Assembly (NCBI GenBank): GCA_047495785.1
Contig: JBLDXI010000029.1
Location: 1,798,001 to 1,862,000, forward strand
Length of the DNA: 64,000 nt
Source: Lepidodermella squamata
Taxonomy: Eukaryota > Animalia > Gastrotricha
Reading direction: 5' to 3'
Shown: positions 1 through 12,600 of the stretch, in pieces
How positions within the stretch are numbered: the first letter of the stretch is position 1
How the letters are laid out: each line of letters opens with the position of its first letter
Translations under genes and position numbers: made by a program
The notes under the pieces: model-generated
The model's database searches: none
The model's input: the letters and a program-made list of their open reading frames with translations, nothing else
Told to the model about the DNA's origin: nothing

Positions 1-1326
1 AAAAAATTGAAAAATTCAATGGCCCGAAATAATTCAAAAATAGCTAAACATATTTTAAATGAAACTTAATTTCAAATTTTCGGATTTTATTAAATACTAA
101 TAAATTAAAAATCCATTTTCATGGTTACCTGTGCCCGGCTAGACCAGCATGGGTGCCCTTATACATCCAATCACACTCGTGGTGGTGTTTGCACGGTTCA
201 TCGAACCCAGCCGTGTAGCAGGTACCATCGTGGCGTTCCAAGCTCGGCCACTGGCAATTGCACTGCTGCTTCGATGAGTCACAGGTGAGACCCTTCAATG
301 CGTTGCATTTCGCCGATGACCCGTGCTTCCCGCTACATTCTTCATATCGATCCAACAATTTGCCACTCGAATGCTCCTCATTGCGTCCTATGTTAAAAAA
401 AATTTATAAATATTTGAAACTAATTTGAAATTTGAAAAAATCATCAAAGAACTGTTCGAGAAAATTTATTTACGTTCGACTAAAACTTAACATTTGAAAT
501 TGAAATTCTATTTAAAAATTTTTAAATATTTAAAAAAAACCTGGAAATTATCCAATTTTCCATTAAAATTTTGAAAAAATTCAGAATTTTTTTGCTTATT
601 AAACATTGAAAAAAAATTTACCTTGACTTTCGCTTTGCCATTGCCGCTCATTTTGCTCTTTGGCGCTATTCGGATACTCCATCGCAGCTCCACCGCCGTT
701 GCACAAACTTCGCTTCCTCTTATTATTAAAGTCATCGGCACTAAAACCACATGGGTTAGTACGATGGCGCCAGTGGCGAGGTGGAGCCGGCGGCTCTTCG
801 CAGTCGAAATTGTTGCGCATCGAGGGCTGATAATTGCCGTTCGGGTTGCAGACGCACACGCCGAGTTGACACCGAGGAACCCGGGCGCAAACTGCATTCT
901 TGCCACATTGTGTTATCAAGGCGTCAGGATTGCACGCTATAAAAAAAATGACAAAATATTCAAAAATATTAAAAATAATCAAAATTCAAAATTATCATTT
1001 TTCGAAATTTTAAATTAAAATAAGAGTTCGAAAAATCAGAAAATACCTACGACAGAATTTTGGGATTAAGGGAAAGCAATAGAAAGTATTGGTTTTAATC
1101 TTTATCGTGTCGTTGAAATCGACGAATTTTGAGGTTCAGATAGACAAATTTTGACTATAATAATCTTAGTTACCTCTGTAAAGCTGTTTTATTGTTATTG
1201 CCTCGGCGTTGATTGAGCACGAAAATGCGAGAAACACCTTTGAAAGCAATATTATTGATTAAACGGAATTATCTGGAGAAAAAATCTAACCAAGGTCCCA
1301 AATATTGATCTTGTCCAACGAGTCAT
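1..1326 (-). CDS. Secreted Cys-rich EB-module-like protein, paralog 1 (3' end runs off the window)
   Basis: ATG at 1326. Two signal-peptide exons (MTRWTRSIFGTL|VFLAFSCSINAEAITIKQLYR) join in phase 1 to exon ~936-621 (ACNPDALITQCGKNAVCARVPRCQLGVCVC...FDC), followed by exon ~388-129 (CNALKGLTC...CNC...FDEPCKHHHEC). The Cys spacing matches five other genes in the window. Confidence 0.8.
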
Positions 1327-1727
1327 TTTGAAAAAAAATTCAGCCAGCCAATTCGCACTGATATCAACTTGGAAATAGGTGTTATACCCCACGCACCTAA
1401 ATTACCGGAGACCCAACCTGCGAAAAATCACTCGAGCGCGTCGAGCCGCTATTTTTAATAAAAAGCACTGATGATCTGCGAACAACAACACGCACTCTGC
1501 ACCCGGCGAGATTACATTTACAAACTTTTATTTTCCGATTTTTTTCCAAAAAAAACAACAACAAAATGTATCTTCAAGATTGTTCAGATAATTAAAGTAA
1601 ATAAGAGCCGTTACCGAATCAATTTACAAATTATATAGCGCAAGGTGTTTACAAACAATTAGGTTAAAACGGCACGTGTGAGCAATTTATGAGAATTTTT
1701 TACAAGGACTTCAAACTAGTTTCATCA

Positions 1728-2096
1728 TCAGCCTTGCGTCCTGTTAGGCGGCACCGTAGTCGGAGCAGCGATTGGTGGAGCTGGTGACGGCGGCAGGTAG
1801 ACTGGTTCGAACTCGCCAGGAGCCCCACTTAACACGAGGCCCCACCTATTCGCTGAGCCGCCCTGCGCGACCCGGCCTACAACTTGGCCCCGGGTTGGAA
1901 CTGGGGGCGTTGTAGTAGGCGGCCGGGAGGGTGCGGCGCGGGCTGTGGGTGGGGGCGGGGCGGTTGTAGTCGGATCATCGGGCGCTTTGTAGTTGATGTG
2001 GTAGACGAGCCGGCAAATGCCGTAGAAAATTATGCAGAAAATGAACACTGTCACGGTACTCGCTAGCGACATACAGGGGTCTCTGGACCACGCCAT
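1728..2096 (-). CDS. Small single-pass membrane protein with Pro/Thr-rich tail
   Basis: 122-aa ATG ORF with a hydrophobic segment (LASTVTVFIFCIIFYGICRLVY) and a PTTTAPPPP-rich region. It is a GC-rich coding island within AT-rich flanks. Confidence 0.65.
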   Translation of the reverse strand: MAWSRDPCMSLASTVTVFIFCIIFYGICRLVYHINYKAPDDPTTTAPPPPTARAAPSRPPTTTPPVPTRGQVVGRVAQGGSANRWGLVLSGAPGEFEPVYLPPSPAPPIAAPTTVPPNRTQG

Positions 2097-4591
2097 TTTT
2101 GCACAAAAAGATTCTATAAAAATAAAAAAATTATATTTACATTCATATTCTTTAGTTAATTAAAATTGCTCATTAAAAAACCGAGCCAAACAACTTAAAT
2201 ATTAGGAACAAATTTAAATCGCTAAAATGCTTGAATATTTTTGAAATTATCGATTTTAAGGCCAGAAAAATTTAAATGCTTCTTAATGTCGTGGAAAAAG
2301 CAATTTTAAAAGGACATGAAATATTTCGGGAGAAAACGGGTTCAACCTGGTCAATTACCTATAATTACCGAAAAAGTTACCATCGGGGTTTTCCCGGGAT
2401 TTCTCGCGTTTTTATTCTTCGTTGAAGTCGCGATAAAGTGGAGAGATGCCCCCGATAGGTTTAATTTCGGAATATAGGTCAATGTCCTGGAAAATTATGA
2501 AAATTTCAAAATGGTTGCGCATGTTATGGGACACTCTGTAAAAAGTGAGTCACGTCCCTTCCAACTCATCCTTGGAATTTGTTAATTAGATCAGAGAAAG
2601 ATTGTTCTAAAGATAATCAAGCTATTCGGCTATTTTTTATCAGGGTGTTTGAAGCCAAGATTCAAGGTAGGATCCGAAATAAGGACAAGCGCTTGAAATT
2701 AAGGAAGATACATTGTGCGTGAGAGATTTTCAGCAATGATAGCCATCTTCCGGCATGTATCTCTCGGCATCTTCTAAACAATGATAATATTATTAACAAA
2801 GTCTTAACTTGAGTATGTATCAATGTAACAAAGAATGTTAACGATAATTATGTAGAAGCCACGGATTTTTCCACTCCAAAAATTATACCCGCTCTCATGC
2901 CGGCTAATGCGCACGCTGCGGCGGCGGCACTTCATCAGCCATTCAAATATTATAATAACATTTTTATTTTCAAAAACAGTAGGGATAACACGCGGTTTTT
3001 GAAACGGTCCAAACAAAAAGCAGCGCGCGATACCGTGTTGCGCGCGCGCATAATAGCCATGCGCGCAAAACACAAAGCGCGCGCGCACTTTTTTTCCGCG
3101 CATCTTTGCGCGCAATGACCCGTCGCGCGCGCGCATAATGAGCTCACCTGGCTAGTTGTTATTATTATTTGTTTTCTCACAGTATGTCATGGGAGATATT
3201 AGTAGGCTGCAATTATTTTCATTTATACCCGCGCTTTTGTTTTCTATTTCACTCCGAAAAAGAGTCCGCGACTTTCATTGTTGTTTTTGTTTAGCTGCTG
3301 ATACGCAGTTCGATACAAGCACGGTATGGTAATATTATATGGACTCAAGTTAAATCATGCGTGAAATTTCGTGATGAGAATGAAGAAAAATTGGTTGTAA
3401 CGGAAAAAAACGCCGTGTAATTATCGCGCGCTATATGTTACACGCGGCTCGTGTCTCACGTCGCGCTATTACATATACAATGAATTTTTACAATGAATGT
3501 AGATGACGTGTTTGACAAAAGATGATACAAGAAGATAAGCGTAATTAAAATGCGATTAACACGCTATGCGCTCGCGCGAGTTCAATGCCCCGCGTAACAC
3601 TGTAACGGGCGCTGCTTTGCGAGGTCATCGCGCCGTCTTCGCATTGATGTCATTCGCCGTTATTCGCCCTTTTCTTCATCGTTTATCTTACTTGGTAATA
3701 TTTGCGAACTGCCCTCTAGTCAAGCATGCATGTTAAAGTAACACGGTTCACAGATTTTCCTTGTTTTTCGCTAGCTGAAAATAATATTCGATATAAGCTA
3801 CCCTTCTAACATTTTAAATTTTACTGAAAATTTTTCAAGTTATTCATTAGCAAAATATTCAAACAATTCGATTGATGACTCTTTTCCAGCAGCTATATAT
3901 CAATTCAAACTTTCACTGCCATCGAAAATTCTATTTAATAATTGATTCTCCTATAAACCCAACTCAAGACATGCGCGAATTTGTGACCTTTGTCGGCGGT
4001 GGACTAATTAAAATTGCCGTATTTACTAAATATTTTGCATAAAATTGAAACTTGCAAATTTCTGCTCGATTTGATGTCTAAAAATAATGTCAGCCTCAAA
4101 TAAGTGGCACGTTCATTTACATTTTGGGAGCCTCTTTTTCTGAACTTCATATTCGCTAACTAACTTTAGTCGCCGGGTCGATAAATTCGTGCAAAACTTC
4201 TTCAAAATTTGGCAATTAAAGCATTAAAGCCCAGAATGTTTTCGAAAAATATTTTAATTTTTCTTTCCCTATTGACGCGTGTCTTTCCGATAAAGAAAAA
4301 TTAGGGTATTAAGAATCTGAAAACCGCATATTTTTATCATCTACCGTTATTGAGATATTCCAGTGACAAATTGTCACGTGACCTTACTTGTTGTCACACC
4401 TGGACGATTATCTCAAGATAGCTAGAAAGACGCTCTTTAAGAAAATGTTCATCAGGGAAGAAATGCTGACAAATGCGTTATAGAAACATTTTTGTTTGAA
4501 GTTTTGTTTGAATTTTATGTTTTTATTTTATTTATAATTATTTATAAATAAAATTATTATGCTGCCTAATTAGCTTGAAATTTAAGAAATA

Positions 4592-5027
4592 TACTTTAAC
4601 TTGCATCTAATTTACTTTTTTCCACATCTAATTCATTTTTATCTGCATCTAACACACTTTTTTACGCATCTTTTGAGTTCACACTTAGGCAATAACTCCA
4701 TTTAAAAATAATGTTACGCCAATAGATTGGCAATGATGAGATGCAGCTATGGACCACAAGTAATTTACCAATATGTGAAAAATCAAGTAAAAAATCGGGT
4801 TCAAAAATTAACTTTCGTAGTGACTTTCCAAAGCACACGTGAATTGTGCATGGATTAGGAGGTCGTTTGTAAGTAGGGGAGACATAACTTGAGCGACCCT
4901 CAACTTTTGGCCCCGATATTAGATTCCATATTCACGCAGGATTGATAATGCCGAATAAAGTACCGTTAGATGCAGAAAAAAGATATCAGATGTGAAAAAG
5001 AGTAAACTAGATGAAAATTAAAGTATG
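4592..5027. mobile_element. Degenerate MITE-like inverted-repeat element
   Basis: ~4592-4660 (atactttaacttgcatctaatttac...tctgcatctaac) is the imperfect reverse complement of ~4955-5027 (gttagatgcaga...agtaaactagatgaaaattaaagtat). Confidence 0.5.
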
Positions 5028-5320
5028 GTCCAAATTTAATATCGCAAAAAATATTTTGAAAATTTGAGAAAATAATTTTTGTAAATCTTTCGAAATTTCT
5101 TTATCCACAGAAACATTTTTCGAACATTTTGGAAATTTCTTTTTAGCCGAAGAACGGCTGAAGTTAAAATTTTGTTAAATTATTTGTTCTTCCTCGGCCC
5201 AAAAATATGTTGCCGGAACGTTTATACGGCATTTTTGATGCTTATTATTTTAGATTTTATTTGTTCGTGGCTTGTGATTTGTACCGACCTAATACCAGCC
5301 TGTTCGAAATTGGTTAAAAA

Positions 5321-6127
5321 ATGACGTACCCAACCGGCGGCAGTTGCGTGTCGATGGTCACCATCGCCATCGTGCTCGGCTTCATTTCCGTCATAGTCGG
5401 CTTCATCCGCATGCTGATGACGCCCTGGGTGCACTCCTACTTCGGCATGGACAAAGAAGGCGAGCTGAGCGACGAATACCAACTCGCTATCACATCGTAC
5501 CATTTAGCCACCGAACCTTCAGTCACGCAGCGAATGTTGACAGAATCCCCGGGAACTACCCCTATTGCAAATGCAACCCTGGCCGCGTTGACTTCCGCGA
5601 CTTCGTTAGCGGTTCTATTACAAAAAGCTGCGGCGAGAAGTGCGGCTAATTCTAACCCTGTAGCCACCCTGGCGAAGCAAATCATCGCGAAACAGGCGAG
5701 TAAGGTCCTTGACAGTGTTATGGACCAATTTTTCACCGCGGAGACGAGTTTTATCGAGCAAAATCCAACTACGGCGGCTCCGGCGGTTTCATCGAATGTT
5801 GACCTCCCTGCGTTTCTACGCACCCTGTCTGTTATGAACGTTTTAAATGATAATGTTAACACGAAAAACAACTCTGGGACAACGAATGAGCCGGGAATAG
5901 TTCCGAGGCGGTTGAAAGGATTTTCGATTAAAAAAGTTAAAATTTTCGATTTTAATTCAACTTCGAGTTCTTCGACTACGACAACTACAACTACTACGAC
6001 TACAACAACGAGTACTACGACGACTACAACGGAATCTACGCCCGTAGCAGGGAAATCGGCGGAGAAATTGTTCGAACTTGGCGATCCTGTTCAAATGCCT
6101 GTGAAACGATTTACGCTGTGGTGGTAG
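5321..6127 (+). CDS. Membrane protein with N-terminal TM segment and Thr-rich (mucin-like) tract
   Basis: 268-aa intronless ATG ORF with hydrophobic VSMVTIAIVLGFISVIVGFI and a poly-Thr tract near the C-terminus. AATAAA lies at ~6270. Confidence 0.7.
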   Translation: MTYPTGGSCVSMVTIAIVLGFISVIVGFIRMLMTPWVHSYFGMDKEGELSDEYQLAITSYHLATEPSVTQRMLTESPGTTPIANATLAALTSATSLAVLLQKAAARSAANSNPVATLAKQIIAKQASKVLDSVMDQFFTAETSFIEQNPTTAAPAVSSNVDLPAFLRTLSVMNVLNDNVNTKNNSGTTNEPGIVPRRLKGFSIKKVKIFDFNSTSSSSTTTTTTTTTTTTSTTTTTTESTPVAGKSAEKLFELGDPVQMPVKRFTLWW

Positions 6128-6682
6128 TTGAATTATATACTCAGTTTTAGCGGTGTTATATGCGCTTAGGGACATGTGTAAATATCGGATCTCAATCTCT
6201 GTAGATAGTGTAATATGCTGTTAAGGATAATGTACTATCCTACTTCAACTATCTATGTCGGAAAATCTGAATAAATCGGTTCTTTTTGACATTTTGGGCT
6301 TTATTGCTTGGAATTGTCGGAGACAAATTTCGGAAGTCAGAAAAATGATTCAAATTAATGGTTGAATATTAAAAATATCGAAGCATCGGCCTGTTGCTGA
6401 ACGTGAGCAGGATTAGTCCTATCATGAAGTTTCGGGTTCCAGCACTAATTTTGAGGTTCCGTCATTGTATCTCATCGGAATTTGGTTCGAGTTAACTTCC
6501 CCCTAGAATCTCCTTAGAATCTCACAAACCGATATAGATAGATCTCATTATTACGCGTGTTAGTGGTTTATCGATTATTCTCGATTATCGATTATCGATT
6601 TTACAAATCAGTGATATTATCGATATATCAGAAATCTTGGAGGCAAACATTGAAAGTTTCCTAATTCTTTTCTTTTCATGAT

Positions 6683-9600
6683 TCAATGAAATGATTTATT
6701 GGATATTGAGATACTTTCTACATAGAAAATACAAAACGTAGCCAGAGTGAGGATAAACCAGGCGAAATTTGCCATTGGACGTGCGGCATAATTCAAAGGA
6801 TCAGCTTCATAGCAATATCCATGAGTCTTACATACACATTGAAGATGTGCGATTTCAGTCGCAGATAACACTTGAGCGAACAGTACAAAGCATTTCACTC
6901 TAGCTGTCGATGCAATTTCCAAGTCCGAATTCGCCCATTTTGCTAAATCTGGCAAAGCGGTGGACACAGAATCAAGCTGAAAACCTGTTTCGTTGTAGCT
7001 CTTCAGCTCAGATGTTTCGCCAGACAGGGCCACTACAACAGCATTTTTCGCTATTTTGGAAAATGTGGCAGTGGTTGATCCTAGCGACAAAATCAATGTT
7101 CTTTTCTCTCCCAAACTGATTTCTAGGTCAGCATCTTCCGACTTCAAACTTAGGGATCCAAAGACTCCATCAAAAAGGACAGCTATCGTCCAGTTACTGC
7201 TTCCAGAACCAGAGTTAACTACCTTTTCGCCATTTAGGTCCTTTAGATAAGACCATTTATCTTCTTCAAAGTTATAAGCAGACTTTAGATAGACTAAATC
7301 ATCAGGGGCAGGGCCGAAATAGGGCCTTCTCATCTCGCATCTGCCAAAATTTCTACAAACGCATCGAGCCATCGCGATTTCTTCACTTCCCAACTCCACA
7401 TTGTGAATGGACAAGCAAGCAACAGCGCCGTCATGATCAGGATCAGGAAAACCGATTGAAACATCTGTCGGCTGTTGGCTAATTAGCAGTTCCATTGCTT
7501 CTTCAGTTATAGTATATCCTAATTCATCGTAAACTTGAATATGAGTTCCGTTGTAGGTTAAACCTATGAATAACCATTGAGGGTCATCGCCATGCCACCA
7601 ACTTTTAGCTCTTTCCATCATATAATTAACAACATAAAGAACGTAAGAGAACTCGGATAAACTTTTTAAATACGCGTTAATTTTAAATAAAAATAATTCT
7701 ATAATTTTTATTTTACTTTAAAATTACTAACAATCAAATTTTTAAATAATTCAGGTTGAAAACTAAATTGACGCGGTTTTACGGGGGCGCGCGAGTTTCA
7801 AGTTAACCAGCGCGCAGTCAACTTCTGCGCTTATTGATGTTCGGTGTCTGACTGAAAGATGTTCGTGAATCACGATCAATAGGACATTCATTTGCTTTAG
7901 ATACATCTTTCGCTGAGATCTGTTAATGCTTGAGTATATGAACATTACATATATAGATGCTAACTAACATATAAGTCTAATCTCCAGTTAGATCAACTTA
8001 GAGCTTAACCTCAACCTACCTCATTCTTAAGAATAAGTAGATCTATTTAACTCAATCTCAATGTAGATCTATGTCAATCCACAACATCAACATTGAGTAT
8101 GGATCTATGGTTGCTAAGTAACATACTTTGATCTCAAGTTAGATCTCACTCAGATCACATTCAGAGTACGTCGAGTAAGGATCTATGGATCTATGAATGG
8201 AGTCAACTTAACTTACTTAACTTAGATGAATGTCGTATATCATTGCACAACATCAACATCAAGATGCATAATAGTAGTAGGATCTCAAATCCTAACATCT
8301 TCTTTTCATTGAGATGGAGACTGGAGTTGTAAGTCTCAATCCTACTCAATCTTAACTCCCAGATATAGATGATATGATCGACTCATGTTAACTTAATCTT
8401 CCCCGGAAAGATACTATACTGAGATGCATATGAATCTTTAGGATGTTAGAATCATCTATAGCAAGAGATCTAAATTGTGATTAAGATACCTACCTATCGC
8501 TCAAATTCATGCCGGGCTCATCTTTTCAGCATACAGATCAGCTGAGCTTTAGCCTTTAGCTCCAACTCATGCAGGTCTTATGGTCAAGCAGCAGATTTTC
8601 ATGTCTGATGTCGGATGTTAACTTGATATTTCTTACTTATATCTTAAAGCTTAATATTTTAGGTCCACTGAGAAGGGAGATGTCAGTTCAAATTGATAGA
8701 CGATAGACACTGAGAGCTTATCATTAGTTTTGCATTAGTTCTGTGAGAGATAGCTGTTTAAAGACGATGAGATTCAATCTTCGATATCTTTGCATAAATT
8801 CTATTCAGTGAGATAATGTAATGTGAAATGAAGAATGGGTAACTTGAGTGACATTCATAAGTTTAGAACCGTCATCTGAACGGTGTCTTACAAGTACCAA
8901 CAATCCATTGGCTTTAATGTGTTTCGTTTCAAGTTATTTTCGAATCCGCTTTATTATTAAGTTCCTTGGCATGGAAGCATTGCAGCGTACATGTTACGAG
9001 GCGCGCGGTACGCGCGCCCGTCTTTTCTAGTATTGGTTGTAATCGCCATAGTCTTTTCTCAAATCAATCAGTTCCTGCAATTCTTCCGTAACTTTGCTTT
9101 GAATCGAGACAAACTCCTCGGAGATGAGAATTACGAAACCAAGTTCCCCGCCAACCTCAAGGACAGGTTTGGACGTAAGCGTAGTTATCCGGCCTGAATA
9201 GACATAGAAAGAAACCGTCCACTGATTGCTGAAAGTGTAGTCTGCTGTTGTAACTAGAGGGTAATCCGTGGTCGGAGAGCCATACTTCGCGAATAATTTC
9301 ATCCCAGCAGTTTTGAAGGGACCTTTCGTAGCTGAAAGCAACCGTCGGGTTGAAATTGTCTGCATTCTTCCTCCCCACGCCATTTCGTTTGCCCAAGGTT
9401 CAGAATCACTCTGTTCGACAAGAGGCCAGAATCCGATCAAGTTATCGATCCCTGGGCCGTTAAAGGAATCCTGTCTTTCCTCATTCTCACAAGATCTACC
9501 ATATTTGCAGACGCAAGTAAGTTGGGCGATATTGGGACCGGAAAGGGCACCACTTGTCAAAGATAGGCATGTTATGGCATCACCTGTAACATAAAGACGT

Positions 9601-12600
9601 ACAGACTACATACTGGAAACCTGATCGTAAATACATACCTATGTTAAGCATTCCGAACCTGAAGACATCAGCTTGAACGTTTTTACACGACTGTTCCGAT
9701 GATTCCACTATGCCGTCAAAAGCCCTTGCGTTACCAGCCAAGTGTCCGACGAGATTGCCGGATGGTGAGAAGACATTCCAACGACTTTCCGCGATATCGA
9801 AAACAAGAGCACGATAGATCCATTCTTTTGATGGCCAAAGCTCCTCGTCGTTACAGTAATTCAAGGATTGAACTGCACCTGATTCGGACCAGAATTCAGC
9901 AATGGTTCCAAATCTACTGTTCCGTCGTAAGAAGAATCCAATTGAGTAAGCGTTCTGCTTCTTTTCAAATTTGTACTCGGCAATAGGGCTGAAATAATTT
10001 GTGGATCCAATACTGCTCCTGGGATAGGTCGAACTAGCAGGGTGGATTAGTACTTCAACATCCTTGGCCTCAGTAAAGGTGGTAAGTCCGAACTTCAGAT
10101 CAGGACGAAGCAGTTTCGTGAAGTTAAGTTGCCACAATCCAAGAACTTGATTTGGCTTCTAAAAAATCATTAAAATAGTTCAGACAACAAGAAAGTTAGT
10201 CTTACATCGCAATTAACGCCCGACCAGCCAGGCTTGCACAGGCAATGGTAATTGTCCGGCCCATTCGGTTCGCAAATGCCCATTTTACACGGTTTGTTCC
10301 TTTCGCAATCATACGCCCATCGTTTCGCGCAAACTCTTCCTGAGTAAACAGACCTACAGACGCACCGTCCATCAACGATTTCAGCCGTATTTTCGGGTAT
10401 ACATGGCATTGGAATTGGGCCTGGACTATCGATTTCGCGACAAAGACCGCCATTTCGGCAGACGCAAGGTATACGACTGATTTCAAGAGGAGTCAAAGCA
10501 GTGCCGTAGATCATCAAGCAGCTTATCGCATCATTTGTGGGCAATTGGATTGGACTAAGTTTCCAGAATCCAGCAGACACCGCTGTAGCATCGAATGAAT
10601 GATTTCGTGGGTCAAGAACTTCACCAAACTCTGAAACGACCATCAATGTTGCTGAATTAACATCCATTTGGGCAACGAGGGATACAAAATGCCAATCGTC
10701 CCTTTCGTACAGCTGAGCTTCCATTTCTCCAACAGTGATGTTTCCGACCGAGAAGGTTATGTAAAGAGACGAATGGCTGATATGGAAGGCGATATTGAAA
10801 AAAGGCCCGGAAAACGTGAATATCTCTGCTGTTCGTTGAGGATATGCCAGTGAATTTCGGCGCAAATAAAACGAAATCGTTACGCTCATCATACCGGGTA
10901 GTTCGGATCTTGTGATATGCTCTGGAATATGTGCGGAATGATTCTTTTGCCGATAGACGTAACGTTCCATCCCGAATGGCCCTTTCATTCGTTCCACGGT
11001 ATGCTTCTTCGATCTTGTTCGCAGGTACAGGGAGTTGTAGCCCTGTACAACATTCGTCTCTAACGGCGAGTCCAAAGGTAGAAATGCCATCAAATCCAAC
11101 GGTTTCGGAGCCAAAATTGGCCTTATAGGGCGAACACGCCTGCATTTTCGGGGGTTAGCACAACCCCATCCACCATCATATAGACGGCATTCACAAGATG
11201 ATTCACGAACACAATCAATCGGAACGGCTGAATGTATCCTGTGGACATCATCCGCCTCGGGACAGTCTCCGCTCTTCTTGCAAACGCAGTGCAGCGACCC
11301 GACCTGAGATGGAGTTAAAACGGCTTTGTAAATCGTGAGACAAGTTATCGCGTTATTTAGAGGTAGTCTTATAGGATCCAACGTCCAAGGGCCAGAAATG
11401 CGTCTGACACCTTCACTTGGGAATTTATAACTGCCGCTTGCAACTAAAGTGCCCGATTCTGAAACAACATTGATTGAAACCAATTTTCGCAAGGAGATTG
11501 TTGCTGCAAAGAAGTTCCAATGATTGTCGATCATTTGTCGAGGAGACTGAAGAGTGAAGTTCATTTCCTTTCCTTCGGATGATTTGTAGATAAGACTGAA
11601 AGTCAAAGTGTTCCCCAGGGATTCAACCGTGAATTCAGCATTTTGACCGCGGAAACTAACCAGCTTTTGCTGCCAAGATTCAATTTGAAAACAGTTCCGC
11701 TGGAGATAAAACGATATTGTAAAATCAATTAGTCCACTTCCATTGTAGACATATTCAGGCGTGGAATAGTCATTCCCACTTTGAACATAAACTAAACGTT
11801 CATCTCCGAATGGGCCAGTTAATTTTTCTAATTTAAGCATTCCAGATTCCGGCTTTACGACCAAGCTGTCGTATCCATGAGCAACAAAAGTCTCATGGAC
11901 TCCATCCAGGGGAAGAAACGCCATCATGTCTGAAATCCTTGGACCAATGAAATGTCGGCTAAGTTTCTCTCGTTTACATTCATAATCAAATTTCTTCGCA
12001 CAAATTCTTCCCTCATAGCCAGATCGGCACTTGCATTCAGTTGAAGAAGGGCTGATACTATTCTCAGCATTACATGGTAAAGCGGGCCTTTCCTCACCGC
12101 AAGTTTCGTGATCTTTGCAAAAGCAGTGTAAAAACCCAATCTCAGCTGGTTCAAGAGCAACCTTGAATATCAACAGACAGCTCAGACCATCACCTTGTGG
12201 TAAGGAAATGCGGCTCATTGTCCAGTTACTTGATGGCGTATCACTCGTTACGAGGTTAACCGAGAAACTTTGTAACAGCAATCCGCTCTCGGATATGAAC
12301 CTGAGATTTCCTGAGCCTGCTGGTGAGAATATTACCCCGACGAAGTTCCAATCACCATCAACTAATTCCGAAGAGTATTCAAACGAATGGTTGGTTTTCT
12401 CACAAGAGCTACAGTAAATTGTTACTTCAATTGAGTTGCCAACATTTCCGATAATCAGTGTATACAAAGGACCAGCCAAGCTGAATAGCTCACGTTTGTA
12501 TTTGACATCGGTTGAAGTGCAGTTCCGGAACAAATAGAACGAAACAGTTAATTCTGACCAGCCTGATATAGCACCGTCGGACATGTGCTCAGGGAAATAG

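Noticed and set aside
2804-3180. Arg/Ala-rich ORFs
   Set aside because: Artefacts of GCGC-rich non-coding DNA, with no domain or splice support.
6540-6660. Segment similar to ~39375-39460 (cgattttacaaatcagtgat)
   Set aside because: Probably a fragment of a dispersed repeat; its boundaries cannot be defined.
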